Positions 9,818 through 19,212 of a DNA stretch of 64,000 nucleotides are shown here, in pieces. Below the pieces are notes generated by a model. That model was not told where the DNA came from. It was given only the letters and a program-made list of their open reading frames with translations, and ran no database searches. The stretch is from a bacterium (lineage in GTDB: Bacteria; Electryoneota; JAOADG01): positions 448,001-512,000 of the forward strand of contig OY820579.1 in the NCBI GenBank assembly GCA_963681965.1, in the 5' to 3' direction. Numbering within the stretch: the stretch's first letter is position 1; every line of letters starts with the position of its first letter. The translations under genes and the position numbers were made by a program.

Positions 9818-10723
9818 CTAATTAACCCTGTACATTAATCCCCAGATATCGGCGGCATAAGGCGCATCGCTATCGTGAACCGTGCCATCGGTCATAAAGT
9901 CGATGTACAATCTTCGAAGCGCCCCGTTTTGCGAGGCGGGGATCTGTCCAGTAATGGTAAACACCGAGTCGTTTTCGGTTATGAATGCCCGTCGATAACC
10001 TGCCATTCGCCACGGGCGATAATGAAGGACGCCAAACCAATTTCCGGCATGACTCATGGTTACTTCTACGCGAATCAAATCATTTGCAACGTAATGCGGT
10101 ATACTGTCGCGGAGCTGCCAGAACGAAGTGGGATTGACGACCGTAGTACCAATTTGGATCCAATTAACGTCGTTCGATGCTTTTTTATACCATTTGACCG
10201 ATCCGATTGCGACATCCGTGGTATTTTGCGTTCTCCCTTCGATGCCACTCACTCGTACTAGCACCCAATTACGGTACCGGTGCGATGTGCGAGCGATCCG
10301 GTGAAAGACGCCGTACCTGTGGTAGATATCGGTAAAGGGTTTTTCGATCCTCGAGTTATTAACCACTAGCCGCATCACGCCGCTCACGGTTCGAATCACA
10401 TGAATTCTTGCCGTATCGGGTGCAAGACTATCGATCGAAACTTCCCGGACAATATTTTCCGATCGAATGACCCGACCCCAGCGAGTTGGGGCAATCGTGC
10501 TGTCCAGTTCATCGGTTGGTGACGTTGTACTTCCATTGTCGAAGGTCGCATCATTCTCTTCGAGATCGTCGAAGGTGAAATAGTCTGAGTATTCATTTGA
10601 AGACAATTGCTGGATTTGCTCTTGATCGGTTCCGTCCGACTCAGTGCTGGTCGAATTTTTCGAGCAACTAGCTGCAAATAAAATTACAGCGATGCTAATT
10701 GCCAGCCCAATAATCCGATTCAT
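9818..10723 (-). CDS. Hypothetical lipoprotein
   Basis: Lipobox FAASC, acidic Ser/Thr linker, GGAGG RBS. Confidence 0.7.
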   Translation of the reverse strand: MNRIIGLAISIAVILFAASCSKNSTSTESDGTDQEQIQQLSSNEYSDYFTFDDLEENDATFDNGSTTSPTDELDSTIAPTRWGRVIRSENIVREVSIDSLAPDTARIHVIRTVSGVMRLVVNNSRIEKPFTDIYHRYGVFHRIARTSHRYRNWVLVRVSGIEGRTQNTTDVAIGSVKWYKKASNDVNWIQIGTTVVNPTSFWQLRDSIPHYVANDLIRVEVTMSHAGNWFGVLHYRPWRMAGYRRAFITENDSVFTITGQIPASQNGALRRLYIDFMTDGTVHDSDAPYAADIWGLMYRVN

Positions 10724-10792
10724 TATTAATCCTCCCTAATCCGTTCGATCGGCGAGTTACCGTTCGAATTGTGAGTTTCATGCGGTCGAGGA

Positions 10793-10821
10793 TGAGACGA
10801 TGGGAATTTAAAAACGGTTTA
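10793..10821 (-). promoter_or_regulatory. Putative ECF-sigma promoter for the lipoprotein gene
   Basis: Minus strand TAAAC-N17-CGTCTCA, 70 bp upstream of the start; fits the AAC/CGT ECF consensus. Confidence 0.35.
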
Positions 10822-10958
10822 GCGTTCCCGAGAGTCGGTACCGAATAACAACAAAACCCAGAAACTTAGTGTAAGTGCATACTTTCATTCGACGTTTGGT
10901 AGTATATTGTTTTTGTTATTGATTATACAAACCCATGCCGTGATTGTCGGAGATCGTT

Positions 10959-11432
10959 ATGAAATACACTATTATTCTATTGACACTGTTACTAATTAAC
11001 GGGCTTGCGCTAGCCGAAACAACTCAAATCACGAGCTTTACATCGTTATTGGAATCCCTAACCAAAGGCGAAGAAGTCACTGCAATTATGCACTACGGGA
11101 AGTGTACGCTTGTTGCCGATGGTAAAGAAGAGGGAAAGGGTCCCGAAGCGATCGGTGGCATGAAAATGATGCCGTTCGAGTATTTTGCAGTTGGTTCAGT
11201 ACACAATAAGAAAGCGTATGTTTCCTGTTCGGAGAATATCCTGATTTCGATGCCTTCGGGGTATGTCTACGATTACGTAAAAATTCGCATTTTCGACGAC
11301 AATACGATCGAAATCGTTGCCAGATATCTGTCTCCCAAAGATTTAGAAGTAAAGATGGACGAGAAATTTTTGACCACGATCAACGATGGCAAAAACGAGG
11401 GTGGCGTCTCCTTTTTCCACCAGTCGAAATAA
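10959..11432 (+). CDS. Secreted VirK-family-like protein
   Basis: Signal peptide, then ITSFTSLLESLTKGEEV...YGKC, which resembles the VirK (PF06903) N-terminus; GGAG RBS. Confidence 0.5.
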   Translation: MKYTIILLTLLLINGLALAETTQITSFTSLLESLTKGEEVTAIMHYGKCTLVADGKEEGKGPEAIGGMKMMPFEYFAVGSVHNKKAYVSCSENILISMPSGYVYDYVKIRIFDDNTIEIVARYLSPKDLEVKMDEKFLTTINDGKNEGGVSFFHQSK

Positions 11433-11499
11433 CCAATTTTAGCACGGGGTGACGCACTTACCGGTAGAATTGTGTCCAAATCACTGAAAAGGATCGATT

Positions 11500-12684
11500 A
11501 TGCACCGAAAATCAGGGTATCTTCTCATTGCTCTCGGACTCGTAATTGCTTTGACCATACCTGCATCAGCGATCAGTCTGACCGAGTATACCTTCCCGAC
11601 GAGTCGCTCGCAGGAAGCTTATATGAATGGTACTTTCAGCTCGGATGGTAGCACCAGCAAAAACTCGCAGACCGGTTACAATGCTTCCGGTGGCGCATCC
11701 TACAATTATTACTATCTCTCGCTCCCCTTCACCACGAAGTTGCTAAGTCAGGGATACTATCGAGTTAGTCGCGGTGATAGCATTTCGAATCCAAGAAATA
11801 GCAGCTATGATTTTACCGTAGCACCGAGTGTTAGTCGATACTTTCGATCCGAAGATAAATTCTTCAGTTTCGGAAGTGGACAAATCGAATATTTAAAGAC
11901 ACCGAATAATGATCACGCTTATAAACCATACATTCAGGTAACCACGGGTATCGGCTACGGTCGAACGATTAATGCGACGGTATTGAAACAAGCGGTTCGG
12001 ATGTCTGAAGATTTCAAGCGATTTCAGGTAACAAAGGGTGATATTCCGGATGAATCATTGTTGAAGTTGGCGCAAATTATCAACAATGAAAGTGAGTATC
12101 GCACTAAATACGGTAGTGAAGAGTATGGTAAATATTGGTATAATGCGATGGAAGAAGTTCTCCGCGAGACGGGAATGCTAAACGGGGATCGGTTGAGTGC
12201 CATTGGCATCTTACGTATCCAGGAAGTATTAAAAGAATTGACCGGACAACGATTTTACGGTTGGGAAGCTCGGATCGGATTCAGTAAGGTTGTTTCCGAT
12301 ACTTTCGGTAAATCCTACCCGGCTACCGTTCAACTCTCGCTCGATTGGTCGCGTCCTATCAGCATGGCACTACAATTGAACAACAATTTTTATTGCAACA
12401 CTAATTCCGATTCCATTTTCAATATTGGAAACAGGTTCCAGATTTATTACGAATTCAGCAATAGGATACACTGGAACAATTATCTCGACATCAATGCCGT
12501 GTTACGGACGAAATCGGGACACAAACACTCCCACCAGAGTACTGTATACAGCGATTTTCAATTCTACATCGAGAATCAATTCTGGTTCAATACGACATTC
12601 CGGCTGGATCGCTCGGACAATCGGATTGACAAACCACTATCGACATGGTCCTATACTAGCGGTATAAATTACCGGTTAAGATGA
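11500..12684 (+). CDS. Putative outer-membrane beta-barrel protein
   Basis: Signal peptide, alternating aromatic/polar strands, C-terminal GINYRLR. Confidence 0.55.
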   Translation: MHRKSGYLLIALGLVIALTIPASAISLTEYTFPTSRSQEAYMNGTFSSDGSTSKNSQTGYNASGGASYNYYYLSLPFTTKLLSQGYYRVSRGDSISNPRNSSYDFTVAPSVSRYFRSEDKFFSFGSGQIEYLKTPNNDHAYKPYIQVTTGIGYGRTINATVLKQAVRMSEDFKRFQVTKGDIPDESLLKLAQIINNESEYRTKYGSEEYGKYWYNAMEEVLRETGMLNGDRLSAIGILRIQEVLKELTGQRFYGWEARIGFSKVVSDTFGKSYPATVQLSLDWSRPISMALQLNNNFYCNTNSDSIFNIGNRFQIYYEFSNRIHWNNYLDINAVLRTKSGHKHSHQSTVYSDFQFYIENQFWFNTTFRLDRSDNRIDKPLSTWSYTSGINYRLR

Positions 12685-12711
12685 GCCGCTCGGACGATGT
12701 ATGTTCATTAG

Positions 12712-12747
12712 AAAAGACTTCATTGGGAAAATGAAGTCTTTTTTTTT
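12712..12747 (+). terminator. Rho-independent terminator
   Basis: AAAAGACTTCATT-GGGAA-AATGAAGTCTTTTTTTTT. Confidence 0.75.
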
Positions 12748-12812
12748 CGCCTGATCGCAGACCTTATATTGATGGCATCATGAAATCCAAGCAAACAACC
12801 GACGAGGTATCC

Positions 12813-14435
12813 ATGAAATTCCGCATCATCGTTGTCGCAATCGTTCTGTTAGCGATCGGTGTATCTCTTGCTTTCGCAGATCAGTACACCGAAAAGATTA
12901 CAAGGAATCTCGATAGCGCCAAAGCCAACCGTAGCGAATTGGAAAAAACGATTGGGTATTTTGAAAAGAAAGGGGACGCACAGCAACTCGATGCCGTTCG
13001 TTTTCTGATTGCCAATATGGACGACGCCTGCTATTCCGAAACCGCCATTTTCGATAGTAACAAAGTCGAGATTGCCTTTAACATCCTCGATTATCCCAAT
13101 ATCGATTCGGCATCGAAAGCACTTGAAGCCATCGAAAAAAAACGCGGTCGGTTAAAATTCGATCGGAAACAATTGGTTTTCGATTTGGAAACAATGAAAG
13201 CCGATCTATTGATCCGCAATGTCGAACAAGCTTTCTCCGCATGGAAAACCCGTCCGTGGTCGAAAACCATCCCCTATTCCGACTTCCGCGATTACATCCT
13301 GCCGTACCGTGGGAGCAACGAACCGATCGAAGACTGGCGGACCTATTTCATCGACAAATACCGTGATTTACCGAAGACGATGAAAGATTCGACCGATCCG
13401 ATCGAAGCAGCCACTTTGATCAATCGCGAATTGGCAAAAATCTTTACTTTCGACAGCCGCTACTATCTTCACCCTACCGATCTGGGCCTAACGGAAATGT
13501 TGAAAACCCATCTCGGTCGTTGCGAGGATATGACGAATTTTACCATTTTCGCATTGCGCGCAAATGGCATCTGTGTGGTTAGCGACTACACGCCGTATTG
13601 GGCGAACAGTGGCAACAATCACGCTTGGAATGCGGTGATGGATCGCGACGGCAAAGCCATTCCGTTCATGGGTTGCGAGGCGGATCCTAAAGCTTACAAG
13701 CTTAGCGGTAAGATCGGGAAAGCGTATCGAAAATCGTTCGGACACCAGCGTGACAATTTGTCGGCGAAATTGAACAAAAACGAGCGTTCACCGGGCTGGT
13801 TGTCTGGCGACGAATTTATCGATGTTACCAAGGATTATGCCACCATCGCCGATGTATCGCTTAAGTTGACCGACCCCATTCCCGACAGCGTTCGCTTTGC
13901 CTACCTTTGTGTCTTCAATTCCGGCGAATGGAAACCAATTCACTGGTCATGGATCAAAGGCAAGAAAACCAATTTCACAGCGATGGGTTGCGATGTGATG
14001 TATGCCCCGGCTTTCTATTACAAAAAGAAACCGGATGAAAAAGCAAAATTGGAAACGACCGGTTCAGCTTTCATTCTGACCCATCGAAAACTGCTCGGAA
14101 TATTTCCGCAATCCGGTAAGTGCATTACGCTGGATGGCGATACTGCCAATAAAATCTCGGTCGCGCTATGGTCGACGACGAAGAAGGTGTATGCCAACGC
14201 TACGGAAGAGAAGCGAATTGCGGCGCTTGATAGCGGTGCGACGTACGAATTATCCTATTGGGACAAGGAGTGGAAATCACTCGGTAAGAAACTGTTTTCC
14301 GATAAGAGCAAGCCGCTGGTTTTCGATAATGTACCCGCGAATCGGGTATACTGGTTGGTGAAGGATATTGTGAGCGACGAACACGAAGAACGAATATTTA
14401 CGATCGATCCCCAGGGTGCACAAGTCTGGTGGTAA
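12813..14435 (+). CDS. Secreted transglutaminase-like protein, paralog 2
   Basis: GAGGT RBS, signal peptide; GRCED, NHAWN, YILPYRGS; ends ERIFT...QVWW; colinear with 4144-5715. Confidence 0.72.
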   Translation: MKFRIIVVAIVLLAIGVSLAFADQYTEKITRNLDSAKANRSELEKTIGYFEKKGDAQQLDAVRFLIANMDDACYSETAIFDSNKVEIAFNILDYPNIDSASKALEAIEKKRGRLKFDRKQLVFDLETMKADLLIRNVEQAFSAWKTRPWSKTIPYSDFRDYILPYRGSNEPIEDWRTYFIDKYRDLPKTMKDSTDPIEAATLINRELAKIFTFDSRYYLHPTDLGLTEMLKTHLGRCEDMTNFTIFALRANGICVVSDYTPYWANSGNNHAWNAVMDRDGKAIPFMGCEADPKAYKLSGKIGKAYRKSFGHQRDNLSAKLNKNERSPGWLSGDEFIDVTKDYATIADVSLKLTDPIPDSVRFAYLCVFNSGEWKPIHWSWIKGKKTNFTAMGCDVMYAPAFYYKKKPDEKAKLETTGSAFILTHRKLLGIFPQSGKCITLDGDTANKISVALWSTTKKVYANATEEKRIAALDSGATYELSYWDKEWKSLGKKLFSDKSKPLVFDNVPANRVYWLVKDIVSDEHEERIFTIDPQGAQVWW

Positions 14436-14461
14436 CGAATTATAACCAGTATGAAAACATC

Positions 14462-14487
14462 AAAGGCGGATCTTTCGATCCGCCTTT
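14462..14487. terminator. Bidirectional terminator between convergent genes
   Basis: AAAGGCGGATC-TTTC-GATCCGCCTTT. Confidence 0.7.
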
Positions 14488-14515
14488 AGTATTGATGGTA
14501 GAAATCAAACGCAAC

Positions 14516-14869
14516 TTAACTTGGGTTCCGTACGAAATGAGGCATCTCTTGGGGAATTTCCAACGACAGCTCGACCAAACCTCGATATTCGCCTTCTTCG
14601 TACCAAGGTTGTTGATAGATCAGTTTTTTGGTTCCGTTTTTTTCGATCGTATAAGAATTGGATTCTCGGGTGACCAACATTCTTTTAACCTTCGATCGCG
14701 AGGGTTCGGGATGACAGTCAATCAGATTCGTTCCAATTAGAGCCGCGCCACCGTCCTTTTCAAAGGTCTTGATGGCTTTCTCATTCATGGCAAGGATAAC
14801 TCCATCTACATCGCAGATGGTTACTGCTCCAGTAAATTCTGCTACCCATGCTTCCAGCGCTTTGTTCAT
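14516..14869 (-). CDS. Small stand-alone PAS-domain protein
   Basis: AVTICDxDGxILxMN...LIGTNLIDCHP...GLVELS pattern. Confidence 0.75.
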   Translation of the reverse strand: MNKALEAWVAEFTGAVTICDVDGVILAMNEKAIKTFEKDGGAALIGTNLIDCHPEPSRSKVKRMLVTRESNSYTIEKNGTKKLIYQQPWYEEGEYRGLVELSLEIPQEMPHFVRNPS

Positions 14870-15241
14870 TTCAATCCTCTCGGTATCCTCAGCAAGCGCC
14901 TTAAGATACAGCGATTCCCGCTCTCGTCAAAATCGGCAAAAAGTTTCCAATTATTAATCACTTTCCCAGAGGTTCCGCGATGAGTTTGAGTTAACCAATG
15001 TACCATTGAGCTACTGATTCGAACTCGCTTTACGAGGTGTGATTTGTGAACAATGAAATAAGAATATTATCGCAATTCATTACTTCATAATGTATTAAGG
15101 ATGTTAGAAGCGAAACCACCGGCATGATAAATCAACCGAAGAGATGAATTAATTGTAGGGTAGTGAGTTACTCAGCTACCTTTTCATACATCGCAATTCC
15201 GTTTCTTCACCTTCTTCCTCATACTAGATGGAGTGAGCCAA

Positions 15242-16432
15242 ATGAATAGATTGTTCTTTACTAGCGCTTGTGTCCTCATTTTTCTCTCCATGGTGCTGCC
15301 CGTTTTTGCTCAGGATAGTGCCTATGTATCCACTCAATCCCGCTTGGCAACCCAAAATAATGGTGCACTTGCCGTAGCGATATCCAACAATATTGCAGTG
15401 TTAGCCAGTGGATCTTATGGATTGAAAACGATCGATATTTCCAATCCAACCATACCGGTTCAAGTTGGCAATTTGACACTTGCCGGTCTAGCACGTAAAG
15501 TATATCTGGTTGACACGCTCGCGTATATTGCCGCTAGTGCAAGCGGATTGCGAGTGGTCAATATTGCCCATCCCACATCACCGAGTGAAATTGGATTCGT
15601 GGTTCCACCGAATAATTGTCAGGGAGTGTTTGTTAAAGAGGGTATTGCTTACTTGGCGATGTCGAACGGTATTCGAACCGTTGATGTATCGAATCCCGCC
15701 AATCCCGTACAGCTCGGATATTTGAACACCGGCTCTGCGGCTGATATCTGTGTCGATGGTCAATACGCATATGTCTGTTGTATGCAGAATGGATTGAAAA
15801 TTATCGATGTTCAAAATCCCACTCAGATGCAGCTAGTGAGCACCTACGATACCCCCGGCAATGCCTTTGCAGTGGTCGTTTTCAATAGCTACGCCTTTGT
15901 TGCCGACTATACTTTTGGATTGCAAATCATCGACGTTCACGATCCTCTCCATCCGGCTCTGACCTCTACCTTCGATACCCCCGGTACGGCTGTCGCGCTT
16001 TCCGTGAGCCAGTATAATGTGATTGTCTGCGATTACGATCGCGGTTTCGAGATAATCGATATCTCCGATCTAACGCAACCGATGCAGGTCGGTAATTTTA
16101 ACACACCCGGCTATGCCTATGGTCTGACGGAGTTCAATAATTCGGTATTCGTTGCCGACATCAATGCGTTGGGTATTTACGATGTTTCCGCAGCATCCAA
16201 CGTCCAAACCCCCGGTAGTGTTTCCATTAGTATCTCAGAATCCAGCACAAGTTCGGAATTAGTTTGGAATGCTACCCCGAATATTATCAGAGGGTATAAA
16301 ATCTACTCATCCAACAACGCTTACTTTACTCCGAACGCTTCAAATTTATTTTCAACTGTTCCAACCTCGACCACATCGCTAGTCGTTCCGACCAGTGGAT
16401 CCAGTTACTATCGAATTGCCGCCTACCGATAA
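15242..16432 (+). CDS. Secreted LVIVD-repeat beta-propeller protein with C-terminal FN3-like domain
   Basis: About six YAYVA...GLxIIDVSNPxxP repeats; signal peptide; tail GYKIY...YYRIAAYR. Confidence 0.85.
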   Translation: MNRLFFTSACVLIFLSMVLPVFAQDSAYVSTQSRLATQNNGALAVAISNNIAVLASGSYGLKTIDISNPTIPVQVGNLTLAGLARKVYLVDTLAYIAASASGLRVVNIAHPTSPSEIGFVVPPNNCQGVFVKEGIAYLAMSNGIRTVDVSNPANPVQLGYLNTGSAADICVDGQYAYVCCMQNGLKIIDVQNPTQMQLVSTYDTPGNAFAVVVFNSYAFVADYTFGLQIIDVHDPLHPALTSTFDTPGTAVALSVSQYNVIVCDYDRGFEIIDISDLTQPMQVGNFNTPGYAYGLTEFNNSVFVADINALGIYDVSAASNVQTPGSVSISISESSTSSELVWNATPNIIRGYKIYSSNNAYFTPNASNLFSTVPTSTTSLVVPTSGSSYYRIAAYR

Positions 16433-16497
16433 ATGAATTTCGCAATTTGATTTGTTGCGGTGAGTAGATCAGTATTTCTACGGAGCATTCTAAAGCG

Positions 16498-16522
16498 AAA
16501 AAGGCAGCCAGATGGCTGCCTT
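16498..16522. terminator. Terminator between convergent genes
   Basis: AAAAAGGCAGCCA-GA-TGGCTGCCTT. Confidence 0.65.
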
Positions 16523-16548
16523 ATCGTTATGATATCTGAGTGCTCACG

Positions 16549-18561
16549 TTACTTGAGCAATACTGCTTTGCGGGTTGCAACCGCCTTCGGGGTTGTCATT
16601 GTGACGAAATAGATACCCGACGCAACTCGCAAACCGTTGCGATCCGATCCATTCCAATTCACTTCGAATTTACCTGCCTCGAAGTTTCGATCCGCCAAAG
16701 TAACGATTTCGCGTCCATTCGCATCGAAAACGGAAATATTCGCGTGACTTGCTTCCGACAGTTCAAATCGGATCAGCGACGATGCATTGAAGGGATTCGG
16801 ATACACCGGCAACAAATTGATCGTTTGCGGTAGTTTCACCGCCGGGTTAGACTGAATTTGCGCATCACTGCCCATCATCAATTCGTTAAACTCTGCCAAT
16901 CGACGAATATTGGCTTGATTGCGTGCCGCCTCGGATTGAACCCCGACCTTCATAGTCGACGGTCGCAGCACTTGCGATACATCGATATCGTAAGCTACCC
17001 GCAACGAGTCGCGATGACGAGCGTGGCGCAAGATTTGATTGCGAATTCGGTCGGCTTGTGCAAACTCATTTTCGGCATCGTAACCGTAAGACGCCGAGAA
17101 TCGCGATGCCTGTTGCAAATCTTGACCGACTTCGGGCAAATCTTCGGGATTGATTTTGGATAATTGTTTCAATGAATAAACCGCTTCCGAGGTCGAGTCG
17201 CCGGATTCTTCGATTGCCAGCGAATAGGTTGCCACGGCACTGGAAACCATACCGTTTGCGGCATAAGCACTCGCAACCATCGCAGTACCACCGGTTTCCA
17301 AAGCATAGCTTCCAAGCTGAGCACCGCAATTGGTTCCGGTGCTCTGGGTGCCGATTTGCCACAACACTGGATCGGCAGGAATAAAGTGAGAGATCGATGC
17401 ACCGTTGGCAAATTGATTCAATTTGAGATAATGAGTCACTGGTTTTGCCGATGCCTCTTGCATATAGATGTCGCTTGAAGTTGCCAGATGGAAGGTATTT
17501 TCACCATACAGGAAATAGGGAGCAGCTTCATTGATGTAAACGATTGGATGACCTTGGATTCCGAAAAACTCGTTGCCACCGACTTTGCTGTTGGCAATGT
17601 CGAAAAATGCCGGTGCGGCATTACCGCTTAGATTCAGTGCGTAGGGATGATTGTCTTCAAACCGATTGCAGAGAAATACCGGATCGCAGGCATACCCAAC
17701 AAAAGCGCCTAAATTCGTGTTGTGACCATTATGCATGAATACGCATTCTTCAATTTGACCAGTGTTTGGTCCAGGATAGTCATGCGACCACCGAATCGCG
17801 CAGTCGCCGGCATATTCCATTGAATTACCCTTAAGGTGCGGGCTGCTATAAAGAATATCGAATTCGGAAGTCCAGTCGATCAAATCGGAATAATCGGTTT
17901 TGAGCGTATCGCACGATTCCATTTTGATCGCAGTACCCACGCCATAGCCTTCAAACGAGCAGTATTCAATCGTGCCCTTTAATACTTTATACAGGTCGAT
18001 TGCCGATTCGGTCGGTCCGACAAATTGATTGTTTGCTAGATACAAAAAGCAGTTCGCCGAACCATTCGAGCAAGCTTTAATGTGATTCGTTCCCTCGAGG
18101 AAATAGGAATTCGTGATGGAAATCGTGTCACAGTAACTGGCAATTTTCACAGAATAGGTATTACTGGAGAATTCTACCGAGTCTAGAATGACTTTACCGT
18201 CATTGACATACAGTGCAATCGGGAGACTCTGGAAAACAACATGTTTACCAGTCACCTTGCCGGTAGGATTCACTTCGATCGCTGACCATCCGGTTGGCAT
18301 TGTTCCACTTTTGACGAACGTTGTTACATCAGTCGATAAGGAATTCGACTTTCGACCTTCAAACAGAAGCGTTGCGCCAGCAGAAACGACAAAATGTCCG
18401 GTGTTGGAAAAAACATAGCGTGTAGCCACAGGTATAGAATACACTGTATTCTGTGGGATGACTACCGGTTGCGAAATCGTGATAACTGTTTCAGCCATCG
18501 CTACCATCGCAGAAAGACTAAGAATTGCGATAATTAGTAATGGTAAACGGTTTCTAAGCAT
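16549..18561 (-). CDS. Secreted right-handed beta-helix protein with T9SS-type C-terminal domain
   Basis: Signal peptide, beta-helix-like repeats, YPNPFN...SGIYF tail; GGAGGT RBS. Confidence 0.7.
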   Translation of the reverse strand: MLRNRLPLLIIAILSLSAMVAMAETVITISQPVVIPQNTVYSIPVATRYVFSNTGHFVVSAGATLLFEGRKSNSLSTDVTTFVKSGTMPTGWSAIEVNPTGKVTGKHVVFQSLPIALYVNDGKVILDSVEFSSNTYSVKIASYCDTISITNSYFLEGTNHIKACSNGSANCFLYLANNQFVGPTESAIDLYKVLKGTIEYCSFEGYGVGTAIKMESCDTLKTDYSDLIDWTSEFDILYSSPHLKGNSMEYAGDCAIRWSHDYPGPNTGQIEECVFMHNGHNTNLGAFVGYACDPVFLCNRFEDNHPYALNLSGNAAPAFFDIANSKVGGNEFFGIQGHPIVYINEAAPYFLYGENTFHLATSSDIYMQEASAKPVTHYLKLNQFANGASISHFIPADPVLWQIGTQSTGTNCGAQLGSYALETGGTAMVASAYAANGMVSSAVATYSLAIEESGDSTSEAVYSLKQLSKINPEDLPEVGQDLQQASRFSASYGYDAENEFAQADRIRNQILRHARHRDSLRVAYDIDVSQVLRPSTMKVGVQSEAARNQANIRRLAEFNELMMGSDAQIQSNPAVKLPQTINLLPVYPNPFNASSLIRFELSEASHANISVFDANGREIVTLADRNFEAGKFEVNWNGSDRNGLRVASGIYFVTMTTPKAVATRKAVLLK

Positions 18562-19212
18562 GACATACCTCCCAATAGAAATAAATCAAGTCCCACCAAA
18601 ATATTCTACCAACAATTATCGTGTTAAACAGAATCTCGATTCATCGATCATTGTCAGGGCTTGATGTAATATGAACTAGATTGAAGTTTTCTTCTAGTTG
18701 AAAAACATTTTCAAACATCCGACCGCTTTAAGAAATAACGGGATCAGAGATTTCAAGATGATTCAATCAATTGTCTACTCGTACATCCACTCGAATGAAA
18801 AGTCGGTGCAACTGATTATTTGATAAAAGCGGTTTAATATAACATAAAAACTATTTTAACAAAAATTGTATCGCAATGTCTATACAAAGGTCGTGTTAAA
18901 ACTCGTAAAAAGTCAACTCTTTACAAAATATTTTGTGTTTTTTAGCAGAGGAACCAAGTGCTAATCTTTTGTATCTCTAGAATATTCTTAGAAATTTACT
19001 TGCAGGATTTTGGATTGATTGCTTTTACTCTGGGAGTTTCACGGGCAGTCAAAACAACGAAAGTGAAGAAAAACAGATTAATGGGTGCTGAGTTGAACAG
19101 AATAACCCCATCACTGGAGTGAAACATTTTTTAACAGTTGATAATTTTTATTGTTTTTTAACAACATAAAAATTGATGGTATGAATTAATAAATCTTGTG
19201 TGCAAGATCACA

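Noticed and set aside
18570-19210. Long AT-rich spacer as an ncRNA or mobile-element remnant
   Set aside because: No recognisable structure, repeat or coding remnant; probably promoter DNA
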